Assembly (NCBI GenBank): GCA_015680685.1
Contig: MNCI01000178.1
Coordinates: 13,883 to 73,395, forward strand
Direction of reading: 5' to 3'
DNA length: 59,513 nucleotides
Origin: Gnetum montanum
Taxonomy: Eukaryota > Plantae > Gnetophyta
Shown in pieces: positions 24,079 through 36,802 of this stretch (positions are counted from its first letter, which is position 1; each line of letters begins with the position of its first letter). Under the pieces are notes generated by a model. It worked only from the letters and a program-made list of their open reading frames with translations. It was not told where the DNA came from and ran no database searches. The translations under genes were made by a program, and so were the position numbers.

Positions 24079-26049
24079 TTGTAATCACAAACATAACCAA
24101 GGATTAGTGATTACTGCGTAACCTTTAATGCCTTTTGATACTATTCTCATTTTGGTAAGTTACACTTAGTTTAGTTGTGATCATAGATTGATTATTTTAT
24201 TAATATTTTATTCATTTAGCTTCCCAAGTTTGTTAATGAGGTTTAACTTGGTGGAGATGGGTAGTTTAATATTATTTTATTAGTTATACCTTGGGAGTTA
24301 GAAATTTTTTTGAAAAATTATCCATAAAAAACTGTAGGTTTGTGGCCTTCATGATGTAAAGCTCACCTATAGTAGCTAAAGGGTCAAAGAACAAGTTGAA
24401 TTGGATAAGTGGTTTGCAAGTTATAATGTTTGGAAGGTGCTCTAGGCTCTAAAAATTGCAAAAAATTCCCTATAGTTATGATGCAAGTGTGAGAAATTAG
24501 CTAAGTGTTGGTGCATATATATAGACTTTTTATCATGCATTGACAAGGATGCATCAATGGGTTGAAATAATTTTTTAATTTAAAAAAAGTATTGGGGAAG
24601 AGTTTGACAATGAAATTGAACCCCAAAGGAAGCTAGAAATGCCTAGAATGATGACAAATCATGGAAGAGGCTTGGAATAGATTTGGGAAAGGAGATGTGG
24701 AGAAATTAGATTACCAAGGAGCATAGAAATTAAATATTCCTTGTTGGAAAACAATGGATTGGAGTGCAAAATAACTAAGGGATAAGAAGTTTAACCATCT
24801 AGACTAGAAGTATGCAAGTGGATCCTTCCCATAGTAGGTTCATGCCCTTAATGCCCTTGCATGCCCTCATATTGAGGCGTTTGTAGGCACCAAGGATGAT
24901 TAATGGCCATGGATTATTAAAAATAAAATTCACATGGGAAATCACCAAAGAATTAGATCATACTAAGACAAACACATTGAGCAACCATGATAAGAGACAG
25001 TGAGGTTCTAGATGGTTGTTACTTGATTAATGGAAGAGAGAGTGTGTGGCAATGGTATCTCACATCCCAGTCACATGAGATCCTTTGTGCATTTGGTGGT
25101 TAATGTAACCCAATATTATCCCATCCCTAGGCAAAACCAAGTCCATCCACTTCCAGTGACTTCATATTAGCACATTTAGACTGTTTGACACCCCAGAATT
25201 CATGAACACTCCCAAAGATCATCCATCATTCTAGATAGAGAAGAAAAGAGAAGTAGGAAGTTAAGAGGGCATTAGTTAGAAGGATGCCTTTAGGCATGTG
25301 TAACATGTCTTTCTAGCCCCATAACTAGTGCTTGTAGTCCATTATTTTTTCTAAGGGATGTGCTTGGAATTCCCATGTTTTTAATTTTTTCTCATGGGCA
25401 CCACACCATGCAAAAACATTGCTTCCTGTTATTGGTTGATGTTAGGAATGATTAGGAATCAGTGAGAATATCCATAAAAATCTAGATGCTAGGAAGGTAT
25501 AAAAGGTGAAAAGTCTCCTTAAAGTCACACCCTTATGAATTCCTCTTGATTTGTTCCAAGTTTGAAAAGTACCAAGGTCACAAATTCTTTTTAAGTTATT
25601 AAAAAAAACCACATGCTTTCAAAATGAGAGAATATCATGGAGTTGAGTGGAATGGGTGGATGATGTGAGCTCACTGCTTAGTATCATAAGAAAACCAATG
25701 TTCCATTAATCGATGTCATAATTCAAAGATGAAATCTAGTCATTAAGTAATCAATTTAAACAAGAGAGTTCAATAAACCTTCAATAATCAGCAATTGTAT
25801 CATGCACCAGAGTTCCAATGGTTAATAAAGAAGAAAAACTTATGTAAGAAAATTCAAATAAGGAAAAATATAAAGGAAATTACAAAATATTTAAGAAAAT
25901 GAAAAACATATAAAGAATGATGTAAAACAAAAAATTTGAAAAACCAAGGAGCTTGTTATAGAATGTTAGCATAGATGGTCATCTCCCCCATGATTGAGTT
26001 GAAAGGAGGAGATTTGAAAGATCAAGTGTGCTTAACCATCGATTGAGAT

Positions 26050-29000
26050 TTTGTGGCCATTGGTTACTCTTGTCTCTAGGAAAGGTTTAACTTGTTGCAT
26101 GTTGACCAATAACTTTTTGTTTTAGCTATCAGGATGGTAAATCATCATGGCCCTAGATGAAAAAGTTTCATTGATGATGTGAGGGTCCTCCCATAATATT
26201 TGGAATTTTGTACATTCAGGTACATGCATGGGGTTCTAGTATAACACCTTATCTCATAGTTGAAATTTGACTTTTTGTATCTTGAGGTTATGGTGTTGCT
26301 TGTTGTGTGCCTTGTGCACCTAATTCAATAATAGGATCACCAATTGATTTTCATCTAGCATGTTGAGATTCACCAATCTTTCTCTTTAGGATAGACTTAA
26401 ATCCAGGTCAAAGTCATAGGTCATTGAAAGTGTACGGAGCTTGGTTTGGATAGGAAGAGTTGAAAGTTTCCTATACACTAACTCTTAAGGAGAATATTTG
26501 ATAGGAAGTTTCCATGTTGAATGATAAGTACAAAGAGCATCGTTAAGTTTACTACTCTAATGCTTCCTATACTTACTAATTGTGTATGTTAATATTTTTG
26601 TGATTTCTCTATTTGTTACCTCCACTTGACCATTGGCTTGGGGGGTGGTATGGAGATGTAATTTTATGTTCAAGCCCTAAGCATTACATGAGTTTTCAAA
26701 AATTGACACATGTAAAGTGTGTTCCATTATCAAAAATTAGTTCCCATGGCATACCAAACCTGTTTACAACATTCTTTTGCACAAATTGTGTCATCGTAGA
26801 GGATGAATAGTTAGTGATGGTAGTGGCTTCGACCCACTTGGTACAATAGTCAATTTCCATGATTATGTATGCCTTTCCATCAGACATGGGGTTAAAGGAT
26901 CCCATGAAGTTAATCCCTCAAATATTGAAAGGTTCTAGTGGTTAAATTCACTATTCGGGCCCTTCAATTCGTATGGTCATCCCTCCATCTTGTTGGCACC
27001 TATCATAGGAATAGGAGAAGTGATGAGCATCCCTGAAGATTGTTGGCCAATAATACCCTACCATGAGGATTTTAATGATCATTCTCCTCCCAGCATCGTG
27101 ACCCCCACAAGGGCCTTTGAGGACCTAAAGTTGATCTACATCAGAAACACACCATCATACCAAGCCATTTGTGCAACTCTTGTAGATGCTACCTTTGATT
27201 TCCATGAAGTGCTTGGCCTAATGAAGAAACTAATGTTTCCTTTTGTTGTCCCATTCCTATGACATATCTTGTGTGAGTAGATAAGAGAGAATGCAATCAT
27301 ATCAATTTGTTTCTTTAGGATTTTGAACATCAACAATACTAGCAAAGAGAAATTCATCAAGGAATTGATCAGATAATGTACCCTCATCCTCTTTGCTATC
27401 CCATCTCAATTGAGACAAGTGGTAGCCATCACATTCTTGGTCCCATTTTTGTCAATCATTTTCAAATCAATCTCTTGAAGGATTACTAACCACCATATGA
27501 TACAGGGACTCACTATTGGTTTTTTCATCAAGAACTAGATAGCATTGTGGTTGTTGTAAATAAAAATTTGGTATCCAAGCATATAGTACTTGAATTTCTC
27601 TAACAAATACACCATTTTCATGAGATCCTTTTTAGTGGTGATGTAGTTCAGTTGTGCACCCATAATGCTTCTACTCATACAATGTATGTAGCATGGACAT
27701 TTTGGATCATCCAACTATGTAAGCATGGCCCCCAAGGTATAATTTGATGCATTTGTCATGATGTGGAATGACCTAGACCAGTCTGGTGCTTGTAGAATTG
27801 GAGTTTATATGAGTTTTTACTTTAACTATTGGAATGTGTTCTTGCATTTCTTAGTCCACATGAACGGTGCATCTTTCTTTGTGAGCTCCACTAATGATTT
27901 GAAAATATTTGAGATTTTTTCAATGAAGTGCCTATAGTAACCTATGTGGCCAAGCAATGAACTTACATCTTTTACCATTTTTGGTTGCTTGGTTATTTCT
28001 TGGATGACCCATACTTTTTCTAGGTCAACCTCAATCCCTTTACTTGAAATCCTATGCCCCAAGACAATGCCCTCTTGAACCTTTAGGTGGTTCTTCTACC
28101 AATTGAGCCTCAAATTTGTCTCCACACATCTTTGAAGAACTTGCTCAAGGAAATCCAAGGCTTGCTCAAAGATATCCTCATAGGTAGAGAAGTCATTCAT
28201 GAAGACTTCTACCTTGCTACTGATCTTTTGTTGAAATATGCTTAGGCCCAATCATTGAAAAGTGGCAGAAGCATTACACAAGTCAAAGGGAATCTTCCTC
28301 TATGCAGTAGTCCCCCAAGGACTTGTAAATGTAGTCTTGGCTTGATCTTTTGATGCAATCTAGATTTGGTTATAGCCACTATAACCATCATGTAGTAACA
28401 ATGCCCTATAATGGTATCCAATACTTGGTCCACAAATGACAACAAAAAATGATCCTTGTAGGTTGTTGTATTCAACAGTTGAAAGTCTATACAAACTCTT
28501 CATTTTTCTTCTTTCTTTAGAATAATAACAAGTGTGCTAACCTACTCACTATCTAAAATTTGGGTATATGAACCCTACTTTAAGGAGTTTCTTAATCTTC
28601 TCCTTGATGATCTTCTTGAGTTTTGGGTTCAATCATCTTTGCGGTTGTCTTTTTGGCTTGATGGAGGAGTCTATGTAGATTTAGTACTGGCATATCTAGG
28701 GATCTATCCTTATTGGCTCATGATATGACCAAACAAAGGTTGTTGGCCATTTGTTCATAACTTTGAATAATTTCTTTTTTATTAGGAGTAAGTGTGGCAT
28801 TAATAATCACTAACTTGTCATTCTTAAGAAATGCATATTCCATGCCTACCGGTAGAGCCTTTAACTTAAGGGGCTCCTACTTAAAATTATTAAGGATCTC
28901 CAAATCTCCCTAATTTATTTCACTTTGTGCATAAGAGAGTTGGAAATGGAGTTGCTCCAATTTATCCATGCTTTAAACATAGCAGCTAGTAAGGCTCTCA

Positions 29001-31300
29001 GCTACTTCCATGCACATTGTTGATTCAGTTTCATTGTCTATTATTAGCCACTAGGTACCTTCTTGTTTAGTGGCTACTACATACAAGAACCTTTAAATTT
29101 CTATGGTTTTTAGATATTGATTGCATGCTTGAAGTGATTTGCCTTTGATGATTCATAGTCTTTGCACACAATGAGACCCTATGTCATTATACATGATGCA
29201 TGGAACCCTCTTCTCTACCTTTTTGAATTTATTTTCCTTGGAAATCTTCAAGAAAAGGTCTTGAATCCTCATTCTCACATTAATGGTGATCAACCATGCC
29301 CTTCTCATGATGATTGGGAAGTCCCCCTTGTATTTCTACACATGGATACAAATGATGATAATAATGTCCTCCAATAGCCCCAAAGGAATAATGATGGACT
29401 AATCTACCAACTCTAGCCTAATATTTCTCTTTTTCAAGGGAAGCAAGTTCCATGCCTTGTACATGTCTTGAGAAATTAAGTTAACTCCAAAACCTAAATC
29501 CAAAAAAGCCTTGCACAGTTTATTTCTAATGATATGTAGGTAGATAAGAGGGCTCCCAGGATTCAATTTCTTCCTAGGAAGGTGGTTGAACTTAATGCAA
29601 TTTATGATTACATGGGCCAACATGATAGTATGGACTTGGGGAGTATTTTAATTTGAAGGCTAACCAAGATGGATCTCAGAGGTAGAAGTAGTAGGGTTGG
29701 TAGCCACAAGTGTTTGAGAGGGCTTCGTGGGGTTGCTGGTTCTAAAGAATGATCTCTTATGAGGCTTGGGTTTAGGACCATTTAGCTAAGGAGCCAATTG
29801 TAAATTCACTACCCTTATGGTATTTCTTTGCTATGGCTAGGTAGATATTTCTTCCTACATGAATGGAGAAGGTGGCAAAGGTGTTGTTGAAGGTGGTGCA
29901 GAAGTGGGTGTGTGTTAAGAAGGATAGAAGGAAAATGGAGACCCCCCCCTTGGAGAATGCACTTTGTAGTAATATGAAGGATAGTAGTGGTGTGGGAAGA
30001 AAGCATGACTAGAAGAGTCACATGGAGATACCAGCTACTGAAAGTAGTAATCATAGGGATTTGGTTGATGATAAGGGTAATGCTACCTTAGAGGTGGCAT
30101 CCCTCATGATTGAGGGTGTTTCCACTACTAGTACTACTCTTGAGGTTGAGGTGATGCTTCACTCAGATAGTATGCTTATTAATGTAATTGCTATTGATAG
30201 TTGTCTTATGGATAAGGCAATCTCTTGGATGCTTGCTATTTTTCCAATCTAGGATTAAAAGAATACATTCCATATTCTTGTAGATGTAACAATGCTAGAC
30301 AACATACATTAAGATGTTAATATTGAAAAATGTCACAGTTGTCATCATCAATTTTAGAATTTTCAACCTTTACTACTATAGCTTTACCCTTATTTTTGTG
30401 ATATCCCTATGCAATATCCCTTTTCTTCCTTCTTTCATGATTACTTCCTCCTTGATCTCTAAGTTCTTTTGCAATCTTTAGAACAATTGAAAAATTCTCA
30501 TCCAAGAAGTCCCACATCTTGTCTACCTTAGCCAATATTTTAGTGAAATATTTCTATATTGACAAGGTTTTCCTCTGCATCACTTTATAAAGTGGTGCCT
30601 CCTCTTCATTGTCATAAAAATAGACCTCCCTCTTAAGAATGAAGGGTCTATGTTGTATTCCTTTGCACTTTTTCTTTCCTTTAGTTCACAGTCCTCTTTG
30701 ATCACCTGATCAATAAGCCTTTGAATCTAATGGATCCTTAGCTTAGAAAGTCTCCCTTGGGCATAGATCCCAAAATTTCTTCTTATTTTAGTCATAAGTC
30801 CATCTATGATATGGCGTACTTGATCCTATTGGGAGGATCTATGGCCTAGGCATTGATGCAATAGGGAGTAGTACTTTCCTAGGGCCACATCCAAGGACTC
30901 ATAATTGCCATATTTATAGCCCTTGAATTTACCTCTGCAAATTGGACACTTTGGAGTACATTTGATACTTATCATTAAACAGCTCCAACATTGTACTCCA
31001 TTGTCAAAGAGATTTTGGTTCTAAGGACGAATACTAGCTTTCAACTTCTTTTATGACTGTTTTTGGGAATAGTTTCAAATTTTTCCATTCTTTCTCAATA
31101 TTTTGCAAGGAACAATCATTGTGAAGGGCTTGCAAATAACTTTGCATATCTAAGTTATATTCCCCTTCAAATTTTGGGATATTGTTCATATCCAGCCTTT
31201 TGGTATGGCTGTCTTTTAAGTGCCTAGTTGAGATCCTGATAGCTTTTGAAATGTTCCACATGTTCCTGGTAGCCACTAGAGGCTGATCATAGTCATACTA
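26050..31300 (-). pseudogene. Degenerate gag-pol of the Athila-like element
   Basis: ORF fragments 31034-31276 (gag), 29399-29623 (protease), 28242-28475 and 27826-28062 (RT), 26696-26905 (integrase); many stops and frameshifts; boundaries approximate. Confidence 0.88.
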
Positions 31301-33239
31301 GTCTCATTGACTGCTATCATGACCATGATGCCTATGATGTGCCTTGATATGCCTTCTTTCTCCATGTTGCTCCTCCCCTTGTTGTTATTCTTACCCCTAC
31401 TCTTTGTTATCCCAATAGGATTTGCAATCATCCCCATATCACCGTTCATCTTCATCTTGTTCTCTACTATCCTTTCTTTTATCTTGGTCTCTACTTCTAC
31501 TATTAGAGTTGGAGGAGAAAGAATATGAGGATGATGATGAGGGTGAAGAAGAAGGAGAATTAGCACCAGAAAAATCCCTGCAAGATTCTCTATTCAATCT
31601 ATACCTCATTCCTTGTATTTGTCTTTGTCCTCGTGCTTATCATTATTCGTGCTCTTTAACGATCAACTATGGCTACCATCTTTCAAGGTTCCCTAGTATT
31701 GAGAACCATTCTTCCCATTACCAATATTTTCCATAGTTGATTACAACCTTTTATTAAGGGTCTTCCCATCAAAGAAATGGGGAGAGTCTATGTATTGGAA
31801 GGCACCCAAAAACAAGTTCTTGAAATTATTGTGTTGTTGCAAGAATAAATGAGTAGGGAACCTCTTACTTTTTAAAGCCTCCTATCATGCTTTCATTTGT
31901 CAATATTTCCTCCATTAGGCATCAGTGAGATGATAATCCTTGTAGAGGTGATCCTGAACTTCATATTCTGCATTAAGTCCAGTAGTGTCCAACTAGATCA
32001 AATTGTTTAGTAAAATTGTAGGAACAGATTGATTGGGAGGCAACATGATGTTGCCTTCCATATTTCTCCATCATAGCTACTCATCCTAATGTAGGATGAA
32101 GGTGAAATCTGGAGTGTAAGGATCTGCATTGGTGTAGACAACTCGAAATTGTTAGGGAACTTGTATCTTTGGGACCTCTTGTCTTTGATTGGACTCATCA
32201 GTAGGTGCTTGGTCTTATGTTCTTAGTGATTTGTCATTTAATGGTCTTTACAACATCTTTGTAGGATTCACTAACATTTCCTACTTAGTGCACTTAGCTA
32301 CACAAAATCCCTGATAATGGTGCCAATGATGAGTAGTAAGTAGTCCCTCTATCCAACCATACGAATCACAAGTGTGCACTAGTGATCCGGTCAAATTCCA
32401 TGGACTTAGTGCCTAAATGTACCTATAGACAAAGATAGTGACTTGGGAAAACATGGTTATTATCTTTTTAGTTCTCACTTGTGTAAGCTCATTTGTATGG
32501 TTAAGTGTAAGCCAAGGCATATATATATATACATATATATCCTAAGTGTGAAAGTAAAGGTAAATGGTTGGTAACTAATGATCGAACTAGCTAATAGTTC
32601 TAAGCTGACTAGCCTAACATAAAATTTAGGCCCACTTTTCATGCACATCCTAAACTTGTGTCAATGCTACTAGATTACCAAGTATCTATTATTGGGTATA
32701 TCAAATAGCCACTGCTAGGATTAATAAGCATTAACGGTATGTTCAAAGTAGTTGTACTTATGTATCATTTTGTAAATGCAGTAATTAACTAAGGAAAAGA
32801 ATGTAAATTACATGAATAATAAAGTGCATGAAAATAAACATTAATCTATTCTAAGTGCTGTAAGAAGTATCAAGAATCTCATCTTTATTGTAATCACATT
32901 AATGTGTCCAAGTATAATGATGCTCGAATATAGATATGTACAATTCCTTGAAGTCCTATTGTGGGCACTCGGAAAATATTCTAACTTTGGTGAAACAAAA
33001 CTACAAGAAATTAGCTACACTAATTACATAACATCTCATAAATGTGGTGGGTACATGCATTTCTATAGGTGTGATTAGACATTGCATCGATGCATCTTCT
33101 CATGCGTTGATGGGGTTGTGTCTACCCATGTCCATCAACATAGCCAATCAATGATTCATCAAATGATAACAATAAAAAGATCAAATAGCAATAAAGAAAC
33201 TAAAGAAGAAGAAAAATTCTATGACTATTTTTATTTATA

Positions 33240-36232
33240 CTATAGGAACTATGTTAGATGTCACTACAATAGCCTAATAGTTGCATGAGTATTGAGAATG
33301 GCTCTTGAGTGAGCAAGAGTAACGAGTAGGCAAAAATGGTGGGGATTCATCTATGTACTAGCCAGCAATGAGTCACCTAAATGAGGTGGCCCAAATAGTT
33401 AGTTTGATGGGAGAAGGTGGATCCATTTTCTTGGCCCAATGAATGCAGTTGTCTGAAAGGTTGAATCCTAGCACTAGAAAGGTAGTGGTATCGCTTGCAG
33501 AACAGTAGCCACTCCCAAAGATTTTTGGAAACACTGTGACCTTCTTAGTGTGCTTGAAGAAGGTAAGGGGGCAATAGTACTGGTGATGCAACACCAAGGA
33601 CAAAAGAGAATAGTAGAGGTGGTTGTTGATAGAATTGCCAAAACACTTAATGCACCTATGGTATTTGTACCAAATGTCACTACACTCAAAGATGTGCAAA
33701 TGTCTACAAGGATCATAAGAAGAAGATTAAGCACAACCCAACATGAAGAACTGCTAGACCAATTGGTGGGAACTGGGCAACTACTTCCAAATTTATTTGA
33801 TCTTTTAGATAGTATTACCACAACCTAGTTAGATTTGCTAGAGGCAAGGGGCAAAAATATTATCTTAGAAGTGCAACTCAAAACAACCAAGGAGCTGAAC
33901 AAGAACTTGGCTAATGAAGTTGCTGAATTAATAGCCCAAATTTCTAACCTTGCATTTCTCAACCTAGCATTGACAAGAGATGAAGGTCTTGAATAGCTTC
34001 ACACTAGATTGAAAGGGGTTGAGGGTGTGATGGAGACAATGGTGTTCTATCGATCCTTGGTAGAGGCTACCTAGCATAAAATTTAGAAGGCCTTGGATCT
34101 AACTCACTAGGAGAATATGCAACTAACCATAGAGAACCATTACCTACAAAAAGTTGATGAGCATAAACAATAGTTGGCCAACTTTATCCATCAACAACAA
34201 GAGCAACTAGCCAGAGTGAACACAAAGCTAAGGAGATTGAAAGCTAAGAATATGAAACCTCTCCATGGAGGAGGTCCATGCCCTTCACCAGAAGACTACA
34301 ATAGAAGTAGCCAACAAGAAATCAAAGGCTCTCAAATTTGAAAGAGTCAAGGATAACTATAGTGATAAGGTTGGCCTACAAAAAGAAGTAAATGAAAAAC
34401 GTATTCAAGTGGTGAAGGCAAAAGTGAATGATATCCTCTAGCAACTCCAACAAGGATGAGAATTATGATAGCCCATCATTGATGGGATCAATTAGTACAA
34501 TAAAGCATATATTTACCTAAAGGAGTTTCAGATAGAAGAAATGATGGAATACATAGAGCTTGCCAATCTCCAATACATGAATTTGGTTATGTTAACTACC
34601 AGATGACTGTGTTTAGAACTAGAGAAGCAAGTGGCCAGCTCGTACTTGTACAAGGTTAAGCACCACAAGGACACCAAGCAAAAGCTTGCGGTGGCAAACA
34701 CTTGACTCGAGGTTCTCAAGGGCAAATACACTGATCAGAGATCTACTACTAAGAACCTGGCCAGAAGAATGAATGACTACCAAGAGCTAAAAAATGCAAA
34801 CAAGGTGTTTGATGTTGAACGCAAACAATTCACTACCTAGTTTGTTAATGTTAAGGAGTTATTCCCAGTAATGCCCTATCCATGGGATATCCCCATTCTA
34901 GCCCACATTAGTGATGCCGTGTGGATTGTGAATGATCCCCAAAGCAAGGAGGAGAGGATAAAGGCATTACTAGATGCCTTTCACCTTCCACTAGAGGTAG
35001 TAGCTGTAGCAAGATAGCCATAGCAACCTCAACCACTACACGGGCCCAAAGTTGGTGAAGGTCCTATAGAACCACAGGAGCCTCCATCACCTATGACTAT
35101 TTGATCTTCTCAACCGCCTTCATGCCATTAGAGGATGCGCTATCTGGTTTTGAGTATTTATGTCATGGTGTTCAATTTTATGTCATGAACACCACAAATT
35201 TTTGTAATGTTGTTGATTTGTACACTTAGGCACTCACTTTTATTATGTTGGTTTGTAATGTCAAGAGTTAGTCAATAATCCCATACCTTCCCAATTTTGT
35301 AAAGGAACATTCATTCATGGGGGTATGATGAATCATCATTGTGTTGTGTTAATGAACCCTCATTGACATTGCCTCATCAATGGGCCCTCATCGATGCAAC
35401 CCCATCTACGTGGTGTTGCCTTGTCAACGGGGCCACATCAACATAGCTTCATAATAAAGTCTATAAATACATGCTTACTAGCCATAGTTGTAGCAGAGCT
35501 CTTGCAATTTTGTCATTTGAAAGCTAGAATATTTCTCTGAGTGCCTGTAGTAGGAGTTAAAAAGTGTATGAATCTTTATTCAAGCACTGTTGTACCTAAA
35601 CACACTAGTGTGAATGGCAATAAATGCAAGCCTTTTGATCAAACCTTGTAACACTTGGAATATATTAATGATTTATTTATGCATTTACTATTTTCATTAA
35701 TTATGTCATTAATTAAGATAAATTAGACTTCAAGTGATTAGTTAATTAATTAAGCTAAATAGATTAAACACATAAGTATGACTGCTTTGTGTGTAAACAT
35801 GTATTCACTTGGTAATCCTAGTAGCATTATTGCTTGGTTTGCCTAGTAGCATAAATTCTTGGTTATCCCATTAGCGGATACGTGGGTTTAGGATGTGTAT
35901 GGAAAGTGGGACTAAATGCTTATGTTAGGACTAGTTAGAGATGAGTTGACTAGTCAGATTAAATTAGTTATTAAATTACTTCATCTCTATATTTTAAGCA
36001 CCATGAACATAAAACATAAAATAATAAAAATCAAATGTCTCAGTTACACTTAACTATACATTTGCACATCACAAGTGTAATTGGGAAAACAACGAATCAC
36101 CTTTAGGGTAAAGTTCACTTTCTAGGAGACTAGTGTACCAGAAGACACAGAGTCCGCAGAATTTGACCAGATCGCATGTGAACACTTCATGATCCGTATG
36201 GTTGAGCATAGGGGTACCTTGACTACTCATCA
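33240..36232 (+). mobile_element. 5'-truncated related Athila-like element (extra-ORF remnant + PPT + 3' LTR 35326-36232)
   Basis: Reverse-complement similarity to 21030-23100; ATGGGGGTA PPT followed by TGATGAATCA...ACTCATCA. Confidence 0.85.
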
Positions 36233-36802
36233 ATGATACTAAATGATCAAGTGATAATCCAATATTAACCTCTAGGTATTTTCTTTACAATTGTTTATCC
36301 TAGTGAAGCATAAAGCTAAAGTTTATATGGAAGGGATCTAGGTGCTAGTGGATAACTTTTATTTGTTTTGGCATATCATCTTTATTCATTTTAGTTATAT
36401 CATGTACTCTTATTGAATTATCATGCGAAAAAATTCATATTTTAGTTTATAAGTATGTCTTAAAATAAAATATTATTATTTTTATATGATAAATAATGTT
36501 AAACTCTAACAACAATCTTTTAATAATCCTCACTATCAAAAACACTAGCACACATCCCTAGCAACAATGCCAATGATGAGTAGTGAAGTAACCCTACACT
36601 CAACTATATGAATCACAACCATTCATTCATGATCTGATTCACTTCCTTGGATAGGACTAGTTGGATGCATTAGATAGTTGAGCACTAGATGTTGATCATT
36701 GTCTTTCTAATCACACTTGTGTGAGCTCAAGTAGTATGGTTAAGTGTGATTGAGTCATATGATTGTATTTTTTATTACTAAAATATTAAAAATATCAAAA
36801 TA

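Larger units (their letters stand above)
20196..33161 (-). mobile_element. Full-length decayed Athila-like Ty3/gypsy LTR retrotransposon (~13 kb)
   Basis: LTRs 20196-21010 and 32327-33161 (TGATGA..TCATCA); TSD AATGT/AATGA; tRNA-Asp-type PBS 32309-32325; PPT at 21011-21019. Gag, PR (KAFLDLGFGVNLI), RT (GHRISSKGIEVD), RNase H and INT (IDYCTKWVEA, LIFDNGTHF) remnants lie on the minus strand. Confidence 0.93.

Noticed and set aside
31276-31736. Overlapping low-complexity ORFs as a novel gene
   Set aside because: They lie in the repetitive leader/gag N-terminal region of the Athila-like element.
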